From assembly GCA_037189525.1 (NCBI GenBank), contig JBBCJC010000002.1:480001-544000 (forward strand): a DNA stretch of 64,000 nucleotides. The letters run 5' to 3'. The position numbers and the translations under genes were made by a program. Origin of the DNA: Gemmatimonadales bacterium. Its GTDB lineage: Bacteria; Gemmatimonadota; Gemmatimonadetes; Gemmatimonadales; GWC2-71-9. Every line of letters begins with the position of its first letter. Position 1 is the first letter of the stretch. Shown here one piece after another: positions 22,630 to 31,918 of this stretch. A model generated the notes under the pieces. That model did not search any database and was not told the origin of the DNA. It worked only from the letters and a program-made list of their open reading frames with translations.

Positions 22630-24405
22630 CTATCGCGTAATCGGTACTTCCAACACGCTCGGATACTTGGGATCGTGGTGCAATGTGATGCGGGCGGTGC
22701 GCGCATCCTTGCCCGATTCGTTCGCCACCACACCGCCGCCATTGTAATTCTTCTGCAGCGCGATGGTATTCGGCGAGCGAACGAACAAGCGGAGCCGGCT
22801 CCCCTTGGTGAAGCGCCGTGCAAAGAAGGGGAAGTGCTCGAATCGATACGGCAGCACTACGCCCGGCGTCACCAGCTTTTCCTGTCGCAACGACTCCCGA
22901 TATCGCGCCCGCAGGAGTGAGCTCGTCAGCTGGCGGGTTTGCCCATCGGGCAGCACCTCGTAGAGGGTGACCCAGAGATCGGTATCGGGTACGTCCATCG
23001 AAAGCCATGCCGTGAACTTGATCTGACCGGCCACCTCGATGTCTTCCGGGAACGGCTCCGAGTGATAGATCAGCCCGTTGCCGCCGGTCTGATAGACCGG
23101 GGTCGGATCGACGAACGACATGGCCCACGGGTTGGTGGCCGACTCCATGTACGGAACCGAGTCGAGCGGATTGTAGACGTAGCGATCGGGCGTCGAGGCG
23201 ACCGGTGACGCCGTCGAGAGCGTGCCGCTCGCGAAAACGTCGTTGGCTCGTCCATTGGTGGAGTGCAGGTAGTAGCGCCGGACCTCGTTCGCGATCGCTT
23301 CGAGGCTGTCTGCGTACTTCCAGACGTCGCTCCCGGCGACGTAGTAGGCCACCGGCTTCTTGAGGAACGACGGTCGCGGTCCGTCTTTCATGGTCCAGTC
23401 GTACCACTCCTTGTGGAGCTGCGCGATGTCGACCATGCTGTTGTCGCCGAACTCGATGCCGTTGACGTTGCGGGTCGGCGTTCTCGTCCCGCCGTGATCC
23501 CACGGGCCCATCACCATGAACATCTGCTTCCGCGCTTCCGGCGTGGCGTGCTCGAGGAAGCGGTGATAGTGCATCAGCGTGCCGAGCTGATCGCCGTCGT
23601 AGTGACCGGTGATGGTGAGGATGGGTTGGGTGATCCTGCGATACTGCTCGGGTGTCGGGGCCACGCCGTCCCAGTAGGCATCCGGTGCGGGATGCTGGAG
23701 CCATTTCTGGAACATGGTGGATGTGTTGCCTGCCAAGCTATCGAGCACTCGGAACGGCAAGTGGTTGCGATGCAGCGTGCGCGCCACCGAGGCCCAGTGC
23801 GCCATGTCGCCGAAGATGCCGGCCTGGGCGGTGGCGCCGCTCGTGAACGTGAGCCACTGGATCACGTAGGTGTTGAAGATGTTGCCGTCGAAGGGGAAGT
23901 CATGCCCGACATAGGCCGGCGCCACCGGGACGATGGTGGTCAGGTGCGGTGGCATCTCTTTGATGGTGGCCCACTGGTCGGTGCCGCCGTAGGACCCGCC
24001 CCACATTGCGGTCTTGCCGTTGGACCAGGGCTGCTTGGCCATCCACTCGACAATATCGTGCCCGTCTTTGGCTTCGTTGACGAAGGGCTCGAACCGGCCT
24101 TCGGAGTTCCCGCGTCCGCGGACGTCGACCGCGACGAAGACGTAGCCGTCCCGCGCGCTGCGCACCCCGAAGCGGTGATAGGTGTCGCTGATGTATGGTG
24201 TCTGCGTGAACACCACCGGTAGCGGCGCCGTCTGGCCGCGCACCCGATAGACCGTGGCGTTGAGACGAACTCCGTCGCGCATCGGGATCTTCTGGCCCCA
24301 GAGGATTTCGATGTCCTGCGGAACCGGCGTGGTCTGGGGCTGCGCGGCCACCGAGGCGACGAGGCCCGCCAGGAGGACGGCGGTGAGGGCCCATTTCGTC
24401 ATCAT
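22630..24405 (-). CDS. CocE/NonD family hydrolase, secreted
   Basis: IPMRDGVRL, DVRGRGNSEG, GGSYG nucleophile motif, GHYD, GPWDH. Confidence 0.92.
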   Translation of the reverse strand: MMTKWALTAVLLAGLVASVAAQPQTTPVPQDIEILWGQKIPMRDGVRLNATVYRVRGQTAPLPVVFTQTPYISDTYHRFGVRSARDGYVFVAVDVRGRGNSEGRFEPFVNEAKDGHDIVEWMAKQPWSNGKTAMWGGSYGGTDQWATIKEMPPHLTTIVPVAPAYVGHDFPFDGNIFNTYVIQWLTFTSGATAQAGIFGDMAHWASVARTLHRNHLPFRVLDSLAGNTSTMFQKWLQHPAPDAYWDGVAPTPEQYRRITQPILTITGHYDGDQLGTLMHYHRFLEHATPEARKQMFMVMGPWDHGGTRTPTRNVNGIEFGDNSMVDIAQLHKEWYDWTMKDGPRPSFLKKPVAYYVAGSDVWKYADSLEAIANEVRRYYLHSTNGRANDVFASGTLSTASPVASTPDRYVYNPLDSVPYMESATNPWAMSFVDPTPVYQTGGNGLIYHSEPFPEDIEVAGQIKFTAWLSMDVPDTDLWVTLYEVLPDGQTRQLTSSLLRARYRESLRQEKLVTPGVVLPYRFEHFPFFARRFTKGSRLRLFVRSPNTIALQKNYNGGGVVANESGKDARTARITLHHDPKYPSVLEVPITR

Positions 24406-24613
24406 GCTCTCCGACGTTGGGATACGGCTGGGATGACTGGTGAATTTTTGACGTGAATTTCAACAGTATGTCCTAAAAACAGTGCACGGCCGGAGCCGAT
24501 CCGTCAAGGTCTGAAACGTCTTTGCCCGGGGACGGGACTGGTCAGGACATCGGATCGTCTCCACCATTGAAGAGGCGATCGGGATCATCGAGGTCTCGGT
24601 CGCGTTCAAACCC

Positions 24614-25231
24614 GTGAGGGCGGACCGGTATCCAATCTTCGTGACCGCGATTCTGGCCTTGTCGCACCCTCTACCCGAGCTCGCCGCGTCGGATCCCGCG
24701 GACGATCGGGCCGCCGGCGAGCAGCTGGTGGCCCAGGCCTGCCGCGGGGACGAAGGGGCGTTCGAGCGACTCTACCGGACCCATGTCGGTCGGGTCCACG
24801 CGCTGACCCTGCGCCTCACCGACGACGCCAGGCACGCCGAGGAGTTGACTCAGGACGTGTTTGTTCGGGCCTGGGAGCGACTGGCCTCGTTTCGGGGAGA
24901 GAGTGCCTTCGGGACGTGGCTCCATCGCCTGGCGGTCAACGTCGTACTGGGCGACCGGCGGAGCGCCTGGCGCCGGGTCCGCCGAGTCACCCCGGCGGGC
25001 GACCTGTTGGAATTGGAGGCCGAGGTGCGGTCGGTGGCGCCGGGCCTCCGCCTGGATCTGGACACCGCGATTGCCGGCTTGCCACCCGGGGCCCGAACCG
25101 TCTTCGTGCTCCATGACATCGAGGGATACGATCACGGCGAGATCGCCGTCCTGACAGGCATCGCCGTGGGCACCTCGAAAGCCCAACTGTTTCGCGCGCG
25201 TCGCCTGCTACGAGAGGCGCTGGACCGATGA
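24614..25231 (+). CDS. ECF RNA polymerase sigma factor
   Basis: GDEGAFERLY, AEELTQDVFVRAW, FRGESAFGTWLHRLAVN, FVLHDIEGY...GTSKAQLFRAR. Start may be GTG 24641. Confidence 0.92.
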   Translation: MRADRYPIFVTAILALSHPLPELAASDPADDRAAGEQLVAQACRGDEGAFERLYRTHVGRVHALTLRLTDDARHAEELTQDVFVRAWERLASFRGESAFGTWLHRLAVNVVLGDRRSAWRRVRRVTPAGDLLELEAEVRSVAPGLRLDLDTAIAGLPPGARTVFVLHDIEGYDHGEIAVLTGIAVGTSKAQLFRARRLLREALDR

Positions 25232-25827
25232 CCTGCTCCGAAGTGCACGACTGCCTGGAGGCGTATCTCGACCGATCACTCGATCGTGCGCAGCGCGCTG
25301 GAGTCGATGCGCACCTTACCACGTGTGCCGACTGTCGCGCGGCCTGCGAAACGGCCAGCTGGCTCCGGCAGCGCACCGCCGCACTGCCTCGGCAGGTGGC
25401 TCCGTCTCGCGATCTCTGGGACGGCATCGCGCCGCGTCTGGCCCGGCGGCAGCGGCGGTACGCCATACCCCTTTCCGGACTGGTGGCGGCCGCGCTGCTG
25501 CTGGTGGCATCGAGCGCCACGATCACACTTTGGCTAACCCGTTCCTCCTCTCCCGCGGTGTCCGCCTTTGCCAGTACCGAGGCAGGCTATCTCTCGGCCA
25601 CTCTGGAGCTGACCGAACTCTATGCCCGCGCCCGGGAAACTATGACGCCCGAGACGCGCGCGGTGCTGGAGCGCAATCTCGAAGTGATCGAGCGGGCGTT
25701 AGGCGAGGCCCGAGCCGCGCTGCGGAGCGACCCCGCCGATCGGGCGCTCGAAGCCATCGTCGCCACGGCCTACCGCCGAAAGATCGAGTTTCTGGAACGC
25801 GCCACTCTGCTGGATCGGGACGGCTGA
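25228..25827 (+). CDS. Zinc-binding anti-sigma factor (zf-HC2) with one TM
   Basis: MTC..V...L..YLD, HLTTCADC (HxxxCxxC), TM segment. ATGA overlap with the sigma gene. Confidence 0.88.
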   Translation: MTCSEVHDCLEAYLDRSLDRAQRAGVDAHLTTCADCRAACETASWLRQRTAALPRQVAPSRDLWDGIAPRLARRQRRYAIPLSGLVAAALLLVASSATITLWLTRSSSPAVSAFASTEAGYLSATLELTELYARARETMTPETRAVLERNLEVIERALGEARAALRSDPADRALEAIVATAYRRKIEFLERATLLDRDG

Positions 25828-26729
25828 TGTACCGCACTGCCCTGGTCCTCGGTATGGCGCTGCTGGTGTCGAGCGCAGCGCCGTCTGCTGCGCAGGAGCG
25901 GGTCGAGCGCGGTTACTCGGCCACGTCCGACGTGGTGCTGCGGATCTTCAATATGGCCGGCAGTACTCGGATCACCGCGTGGGACCACGACTCGGTCCGG
26001 GTGACGGGAACGGTCGCCGCCGGCGGCCGCTTCTTCGGAGGCGGCGACCGCCGGATGGCAAAGCTCGGCGTCGAGGATCCGGCGGGCCGCCAGCCGCCGG
26101 GGGTGCTGGAAATCCAGGTGCCGCGCCGCGCCCGGGTCTGGGTCAAGAGCGCGTCGGCCGATGTCGCGCTGTCCGGCGTGGCGGGCGAGGTGGAGGTGAT
26201 GAGCGTGACCGGCACGATCCGGCTCGACGGCGCGCCGCGGGTGGCGACGCTGGAGTCGATCGAGGGAGACGTGACGGTGATGGGCGCGGCGACGGTGCTA
26301 CGAGTCCGGACCGGTGGCGGCTCGGTCCGCATCGACGAGGTGCGCGGCGATGTCTCGGTCGTCACGGTTGCGGGGTCGATCGCGATTGTGTCGCCCGAAG
26401 TATTGTCGGCTCGACTGGAAACGGCGTCGGGAGCCGTGACGTTCCGGAGCGGGGTGGGGCCGGACGGGCGGCTCGAGGTGGATACCCACGACGGCACCGT
26501 CGACCTGATCCTACCGTCCTCGATCGATGGGCGCTTCGATCTCTCGACCGTCAAAGGCAAGCTGACGGTCGGTCTGCCCGGCTACCGTCCCAAGGCAGGC
26601 CAAGATCGCTCCGCCACCTTTGCCACGGGAAAACGCTCGGCGGCCGGCGGGGGCATTGCGGTCACGGTGCGGACTTTTTCAGGCCAGGTGCGCATCGGTT
26701 CAAACCCCGGCGCCACGGGAGGCATCTGA
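25827..26729 (+). CDS. DUF4097 family beta-strand repeat protein, secreted
   Basis: TGATG overlap, signal peptide, repeats SASADV/SVTGTI/TGGGSV/TVAGSI/TASGAV/THDGTV/TFSGQV. Confidence 0.82.
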   Translation: MYRTALVLGMALLVSSAAPSAAQERVERGYSATSDVVLRIFNMAGSTRITAWDHDSVRVTGTVAAGGRFFGGGDRRMAKLGVEDPAGRQPPGVLEIQVPRRARVWVKSASADVALSGVAGEVEVMSVTGTIRLDGAPRVATLESIEGDVTVMGAATVLRVRTGGGSVRIDEVRGDVSVVTVAGSIAIVSPEVLSARLETASGAVTFRSGVGPDGRLEVDTHDGTVDLILPSSIDGRFDLSTVKGKLTVGLPGYRPKAGQDRSATFATGKRSAAGGGIAVTVRTFSGQVRIGSNPGATGGI

Positions 26730-26757
26730 CAGATACCTTCAACCGTGGAGTCGTCTC

Positions 26758-27234
26758 ATGTTTGCTCGTCGATTGCTGCTCTCGACCCTGTTGGTGACTG
26801 GTCTTGCCGCGCCGCTCCTGGCTGGTCCGCCCTGGATCAGCATCGAACTCCCGCCCAGTCCGTTCGATGCCGCGAGCCGCAACGCGGTCCTCCTGGTCCA
26901 TGCCTTTCACTATCGCCAGAATGCCAATGAAGGTGTGACCGGCCGGGCGGTCGGCATCGTCAATGGCGTGCGTCGGACGATGACGCTCCAACTCGATCGC
27001 ACTTCCCGTCCCGGTGTCTTTGCGCTCAGGAATACCTGGGGCGCCACGGGTGACTGGACCCTGATCCTGTCGGCAACCCAGGAGCATGGGCATGCGGCCG
27101 AGGTCATGGTTAAAATGACGGGCGCGCGGGTGGTGGCGGTCGAAGCGGCGACCGAGCCCAGCCAACATGCGGAGCTGCCGATCATGCCGCGACGCTTTAC
27201 CGATGCCGAGATCGAGGCATCGCTCAGACGCTAG
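26758..27234 (+). CDS. Hypothetical secreted protein
   Basis: GGAG RBS, signal peptide, GPPWISIELP motif, in operon. Confidence 0.65.
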   Translation: MFARRLLLSTLLVTGLAAPLLAGPPWISIELPPSPFDAASRNAVLLVHAFHYRQNANEGVTGRAVGIVNGVRRTMTLQLDRTSRPGVFALRNTWGATGDWTLILSATQEHGHAAEVMVKMTGARVVAVEAATEPSQHAELPIMPRRFTDAEIEASLRR

Positions 27235-27241
27235 GAGGGAT

Positions 27242-27862
27242 ATGGGACTGGCCGAGGGATTGGTGCGGGGTGAGGACGGACAGGTCCGGTGCTGGTGGGG
27301 GACGTCGGCGCCGGATTACGCGGCCTATCACGATACCGAGTGGGGCTGGCCGGTTCACGACGATCGGCGGTTGTTCGAGAAGATCTGCCTCGAGGGATTT
27401 CAGTCGGGCCTGAGCTGGCTCACCATCCTTCGCAAGCGGGAGAACTTCCGCCGCGCGTTTCGCGACTTCGACGTGCACGCCATCGCGCGGTTTGGCGCGC
27501 GCGATGTGTCCCGGTTGCTGGGCGACGCCGGCATCGTTCGTCATCGGGGCAAGATCGAATCGACGATCAACAACGCGAAGCAAGCCAAACTGATTGAGAA
27601 TGAGTTTGGTTCGCTTGCTTCCTACTTCTGGAGCTTCGAGCCCGCGCCGGCCTCGCGTCCGCGGAAGATGACCCGTGGCGCGGTGGTCTCGACCAGTCCG
27701 GAGTCGATCGCCCTGTCGCGCGACCTCAAGAAGCGCGGCTGGAGCTTCGTTGGACCGACCACCATATACGCATTCATGCAGGCCATGGGGCTCGTCAACG
27801 ACCATCTCGACGGCTGCCACGTTCGGGGCCCCGCCCTTGCGGTACGCCAAGGGATGGATTGA
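27242..27862 (+). CDS. tag: DNA-3-methyladenine glycosylase I
   Basis: RCWW...YHDTEWG, LEGFQSGLSWLTILRKRE, IVRHRGKI, FVGPTT.YAFMQAMGLVNDH...C. GGAGG RBS. Confidence 0.95.
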   Translation: MGLAEGLVRGEDGQVRCWWGTSAPDYAAYHDTEWGWPVHDDRRLFEKICLEGFQSGLSWLTILRKRENFRRAFRDFDVHAIARFGARDVSRLLGDAGIVRHRGKIESTINNAKQAKLIENEFGSLASYFWSFEPAPASRPRKMTRGAVVSTSPESIALSRDLKKRGWSFVGPTTIYAFMQAMGLVNDHLDGCHVRGPALAVRQGMD

Positions 27863-28000
27863 GATTTCAGGTCGGCCGCCGGGATGGGGCCGAATCTGGA
27901 TCATTCAAGTCGTTGCAGGGGCTACGTTTAGCCTCCAGGGGCCTCGCGGGGTTGGCGTCGGGGCGTTAACTTTCCTCCGTCTCAACTAACTAACGAACTG

Positions 28001-29020
28001 ATGAGCACCAAGGACATTGTCAGCAACAAGTGGCGAGAACTCGTCATCAAGTATCAGCAGCCCAGCACCAAGTCTGCCGTTACCCAGATCCTGACCACCT
28101 TCATTCCGCTGGTGGCCGGCCTGGTCCTGATGGCCATGGCCATGAAGGTGCATTACGGTCTCGTCCTCTTACTGGCGATTCCGACTGGTGGCCTGCTGGT
28201 CCGGATCTTCATCGTCATGCATGACTGTGGACACGGGTCGTTTTTCCGGTCTCGCCGGCTCAACGACATCTTCGGGTTCATCACCGGCTGCATGACCTTT
28301 ACGCCCTACATCCAGTGGCGGCGGGACCACGCGGTGCATCACGCCTCGTCGGGCAATCTCGAAAAGCGCGGCGTCGGTGATATTGCGACCCTGACGGTCA
28401 AGGAATACGAAGCCTTGTCGCCGTGGGGGCGGTTCAAGTACCGGATCTACCGGAACCCGCTCATTCTGCTGCTTTTCGGTCCGGTCTGGCTGGTCATCAA
28501 GCATCGGCTGCCGACCCCGGGTGTCCATACCACCAAGAAGGAAAAGCTCAACGTCTGGCTGACCAATGCGACCCTGGTGGCCGTGGGGATCGTGCTGGCG
28601 ATGTTCGGCGTTCTGGGCCAGGCTGCGGCGATCTACCTGCCCGCCTTTCTGGTGGCCGGATCGGCCGGTGTCTGGCTCTTCTATGTCCAGCATCAGTTCG
28701 AGGACACCTACTGGCGGCCCGCCGCCGAGTGGGATTATGCCACCTCGGCGCTCAAGGGCAGCAGCTACCTCAAGCTGCCCAAGGTGCTCCAGTGGTTTTC
28801 CGGTAACATCGGACTCCATCACGTGCACCACCTGAGCCCGCGGATTCCCAACTACCGGCTCCAGCAGGCGCACGACGAGCAGCCCGAGTTGCAGGACGTG
28901 CCGACCATCTCGGCCTGGGACGGGCTCAAGGCGCTTCGGCTCCGGCTCTGGGACGAGGAGAACATGCGTCTGATCGGGTTCCGCGAGTTTCGGCAGCAGC
29001 GGGCGCTCCGGTCCAACTGA
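28001..29020 (+). CDS. Membrane fatty acid desaturase (Bacillus Des-like)
   Basis: Three His boxes HDCGH, HAVHH and HHVHH, plus YVQHQF and several TMs. Confidence 0.93.
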   Translation: MSTKDIVSNKWRELVIKYQQPSTKSAVTQILTTFIPLVAGLVLMAMAMKVHYGLVLLLAIPTGGLLVRIFIVMHDCGHGSFFRSRRLNDIFGFITGCMTFTPYIQWRRDHAVHHASSGNLEKRGVGDIATLTVKEYEALSPWGRFKYRIYRNPLILLLFGPVWLVIKHRLPTPGVHTTKKEKLNVWLTNATLVAVGIVLAMFGVLGQAAAIYLPAFLVAGSAGVWLFYVQHQFEDTYWRPAAEWDYATSALKGSSYLKLPKVLQWFSGNIGLHHVHHLSPRIPNYRLQQAHDEQPELQDVPTISAWDGLKALRLRLWDEENMRLIGFREFRQQRALRSN

Positions 29021-29043
29021 TCGGACGGAGTTTGCGACATCGG

Positions 29044-29076
29044 CGGGGCGGCACGGGGTGCCGCCCCGTTTCGTTT
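29044..29076 (+). terminator. Rho-independent terminator
   Basis: CGGGGCGGCAC-GGG-GTGCCGCCCCG followed by TTTCGTTT. Confidence 0.75.
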
Positions 29077-29143
29077 CCGGCAGTTCGGCGCTACGTTGGC
29101 GCGACGAGGTTTCTGACCCCACTCGAGCGAAGGTGATCGTCCC

Positions 29144-30583
29144 ATGCGAAATCGGATCGGTCGATTGACCGTCATCGCGGCCACGCTGGGTGCCGCGCCC
29201 GCCCTGGCCCAAACTGCCGCGCAGCTGTCTCAAGCCTCGCGGGCTTTCGTGGCGGTCGATGCGCCGGTCGTGGCATTGACGCGCGTCCGGGTCGTCGATG
29301 GCACCGGCGCCGCTCCTCGGGAGGATCAGACGATCCTGCTGTCCGACGGGAAGATCACCTGGGTCGGGCCGGCCGGTGCCGCGAAGATCCCCGCCGGCGC
29401 CCGCGTGATCGAGTTGAACGGCCACACGGTGATTCCGGGGATGGTCGGCCTCCACAACCATACCTTCTACTACACCGCCGCTCCGCGAGCGGCGCAGGCC
29501 AACTACACCGCGCCGCTGCTCTATCTCGGAGCGGGCGTCACGACCATCCGCACCACCGGCAGCACCTCGCCCTACGCGGAACTCAATCTCAAAGCCAACA
29601 TCGATCGCGGCATTCAGGTCGGGCCGCGCGTGTTCGTGGCCGGTCCCTACCTGATGGGTCCCGGGCCCGACATGCGGCTCAACCTGCTCGGCATGCACGA
29701 ACTCAAGGACCCGGACGCCGCGCGGAAGACAGTGGACTACTGGGCCGAGGAAGGCGTGACCTGGCTCAAGGTGTACACCCAGATCGATCGGGCGACGTTA
29801 GGCGCGGTGGTCGACCAGGCCCACAAGCGTGGCCTCAAGGTCACCGGGCATCTCTGCTCCATCGGCTATCAGGAGGCCGTGGCACTCGGCATGGATGCGC
29901 TCGAGCATGGCATGCTGGCCAACTCGGAGTACTTCGCCGGGAAGCAGCCCGATGTCTGTCCTGCCGGGTTCCGCGACGGGTTCGGCAGTCTCGACATCGC
30001 CAATGATCCGCGCGTCCAGAAGACGATTCGCATGATGCTCGACCGGAAGGTTGCGCTGACGTCCACGCTGGCTGTGTACGAGGCAGGCGCGCCCGGCCGT
30101 TGGTTCCTCGATCCTCGGCTCTGGGACGTCCTCTCGCCCGATGCGCGCGCCGAGGAGGAGCAGCGGCGGGATGCGATGGCAAAGCTGGCGAACCGGTCCG
30201 CCTTTGCCGCCGTGCAGAAGAGCATGGAGTTCGAAGTGGCTTTCTTCCGGGCGGGAGGTGTGCTGGCTGCCGGTGTCGACCCGGCCTTCAACACCCCGGC
30301 CGGCCTGGGCGATCATCGGAACTACGAGTTGTTGCGGGAGGCCGGGCTGACCGGTCCCGAAGCGGTCCAGGTCATGACGCTGAACGGCGCCAAGGTGCTG
30401 GGGATTGATGGCGAAACCGGGTCGATCGCTGCCGGGAAGGCTGCCGACCTGGCGGTGATCCGCGGCGACCCGGTGGCCACGCCGAGTGAGATCCGCAACG
30501 TCACGCTCGTGTTCCGGAACGGGATCGGGTATGACAGCGGCAAGATGCTGGCAGCGGTCAAGGGGCTGGTCGGCCTTCGTTAG
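29144..30583 (+). CDS. Amidohydrolase family protein, secreted
   Basis: TVIPGMVGLHNH, GVTTIR, VTGHL, LEHG, AGVD, GSIAAGKAADL. Confidence 0.9.
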   Translation: MRNRIGRLTVIAATLGAAPALAQTAAQLSQASRAFVAVDAPVVALTRVRVVDGTGAAPREDQTILLSDGKITWVGPAGAAKIPAGARVIELNGHTVIPGMVGLHNHTFYYTAAPRAAQANYTAPLLYLGAGVTTIRTTGSTSPYAELNLKANIDRGIQVGPRVFVAGPYLMGPGPDMRLNLLGMHELKDPDAARKTVDYWAEEGVTWLKVYTQIDRATLGAVVDQAHKRGLKVTGHLCSIGYQEAVALGMDALEHGMLANSEYFAGKQPDVCPAGFRDGFGSLDIANDPRVQKTIRMMLDRKVALTSTLAVYEAGAPGRWFLDPRLWDVLSPDARAEEEQRRDAMAKLANRSAFAAVQKSMEFEVAFFRAGGVLAAGVDPAFNTPAGLGDHRNYELLREAGLTGPEAVQVMTLNGAKVLGIDGETGSIAAGKAADLAVIRGDPVATPSEIRNVTLVFRNGIGYDSGKMLAAVKGLVGLR

Positions 30584-30613
30584 GCGTTGCTTGGGTTTGT
30601 GGTTGGTTGGTGG

Positions 30614-30744
30614 GATCGGAGGCGGGGTGTCGCGCGGGCGGCGCCTGGCGCTGCAGTCGCGCCGGTGCGGTGGAGATGATCGTATGGCGGGGGCGCCGAC
30701 TGACGCGCTGGCGGCACCGCCCGCGCGACACCCCGCCTCCGATC
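30614..30744. repeat. 131-nt long hairpin with perfect 28-bp arms (MITE/REPIN-like element or structured RNA)
   Basis: GATCGGAGGCGGGGTGTCGCGCGGGCGG (30614-30641) is the exact reverse complement of 30717-30744. Inner segments pair imperfectly (GCC/GGC, CAGTCG/CGACTG). Confidence 0.75.
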
Positions 30745-30784
30745 GCGAAGCGCTCGGTCGGCTTGGGGTGAGGTGCTGGTGTCT

Positions 30785-31918
30785 ATGATCGTGCGGGCGC
30801 TCGTGGTGACGCACCCTGGGCTCGAGTCTGTGCTCGCGACCGAGTTGGCGGGACTCGGGCTCAGCGGCGAGATGATCCCGGGCGGGGTCGAGCTCGAGGC
30901 GACCCTGCTCGACGTGGCGCGAGCCAACCTGATGCTGCGCACCGCCGGACGGATCCTGGTCCGGGTCGACAGCTTTCGGGCCCGAACCTTTCCGGAGTTG
31001 GAACGGCACGCTGCCAAGCTGCCGTGGACCCGTTTTCTCTCTCCCGGCATGCCGGTCCATTTCCGGGTCACCGCCAAGAAATCTCGGCTCTCGCACGAAC
31101 GCGCCATTGCGGAACGATTGGTGCGCGCGCTGCAAACCGTGGCGCCTACGGTGGAGGTCGTAGCGGGCCGCGCGGAGGCCGACTCCGACGCCGACGTCCA
31201 GCGCTTCGTCGTGCGCTTCCATCGCGACGTCTGTACCGTCAGCGCCGACAGCTCGGGTGCGCCGCTCCATCGTCGCGGTTATCGTCTGGATAGCGGCAAG
31301 GCGCCGCTTCGGGAAACGCTCGCGGCCGGTCTGCTGCTCAGCTCGGGATGGGATGGCACCGCGCCGCTGTTCGATCCGTTCTGCGGCTCGGGGGTGATTC
31401 CGATCGAAGCGGCGTTGCTGGCGCGGCGGATTCCGCCGGGTCGCAACCGTCATTTTGCCCTGGAGCGATGGCCGGGCTTCGATCGCGAAGCCTTTCTGGC
31501 CGCGCGCGCCGCCTGTGATGCGGCCATACTGGCCTCGGCTCCGGTTACGATCCGCGGTGCAGATCGCGATGCCGGCGCCATTCGCGGAGCTGCAGCCAAC
31601 GCCGAGCGGGCCGGTGTCGCTGCGGACGTCGAGTGGCTGCAGCAGCCCCTTTCCGCGATGGCGCTTGCCGGGCATCCGGGCGCGATCGTCACCAATCCTC
31701 CCTACGGCGCCCGGATCGGCGAGCGCGGTGCGTTGCGAGATCTGTACGCGCAGCTTGGCAATCTGCTCCGGCGCCAGGGTACCGGATGGAATGTGACGCT
31801 GGTCTCGGCGGATCGCCGGTTGGATGGCCAAGTCGGCGTTCCGTGGGAAGAGCTCATCCGGACCGAGAATGGTGGCCTGCCGGTGCGCTTCGTCCGTACC
31901 CGGCTGCCTGGACCGTGA
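30785..31918 (+). CDS. THUMP-domain class I SAM-dependent RNA methyltransferase (RlmL/YpsC-like)
   Basis: LRTAGRIL, DSSGAPLHRRGYR, APLRETLAAG, DPFCGSG..PIEAA, NPPYG. Confidence 0.9.
   Translation: MIVRALVVTHPGLESVLATELAGLGLSGEMIPGGVELEATLLDVARANLMLRTAGRILVRVDSFRARTFPELERHAAKLPWTRFLSPGMPVHFRVTAKKSRLSHERAIAERLVRALQTVAPTVEVVAGRAEADSDADVQRFVVRFHRDVCTVSADSSGAPLHRRGYRLDSGKAPLRETLAAGLLLSSGWDGTAPLFDPFCGSGVIPIEAALLARRIPPGRNRHFALERWPGFDREAFLAARAACDAAILASAPVTIRGADRDAGAIRGAAANAERAGVAADVEWLQQPLSAMALAGHPGAIVTNPPYGARIGERGALRDLYAQLGNLLRRQGTGWNVTLVSADRRLDGQVGVPWEELIRTENGGLPVRFVRTRLPGP

Noticed and set aside
25323..25826. N-terminal extensions of the DUF4097, hrpB (31633) and tag (27167) ORFs
   Set aside because: They overlap upstream genes in another frame. 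Coupled starts or RBS at 25827, 31915 and 27242 fit better.
28169..31831. Long antisense ORFs (509 aa, 677 aa) and similar ones at 4616, 39272, 48551, 53870 and 62254
   Set aside because: Shadow ORFs opposite well-supported genes, expected in high-GC DNA. They carry no recognisable motifs.
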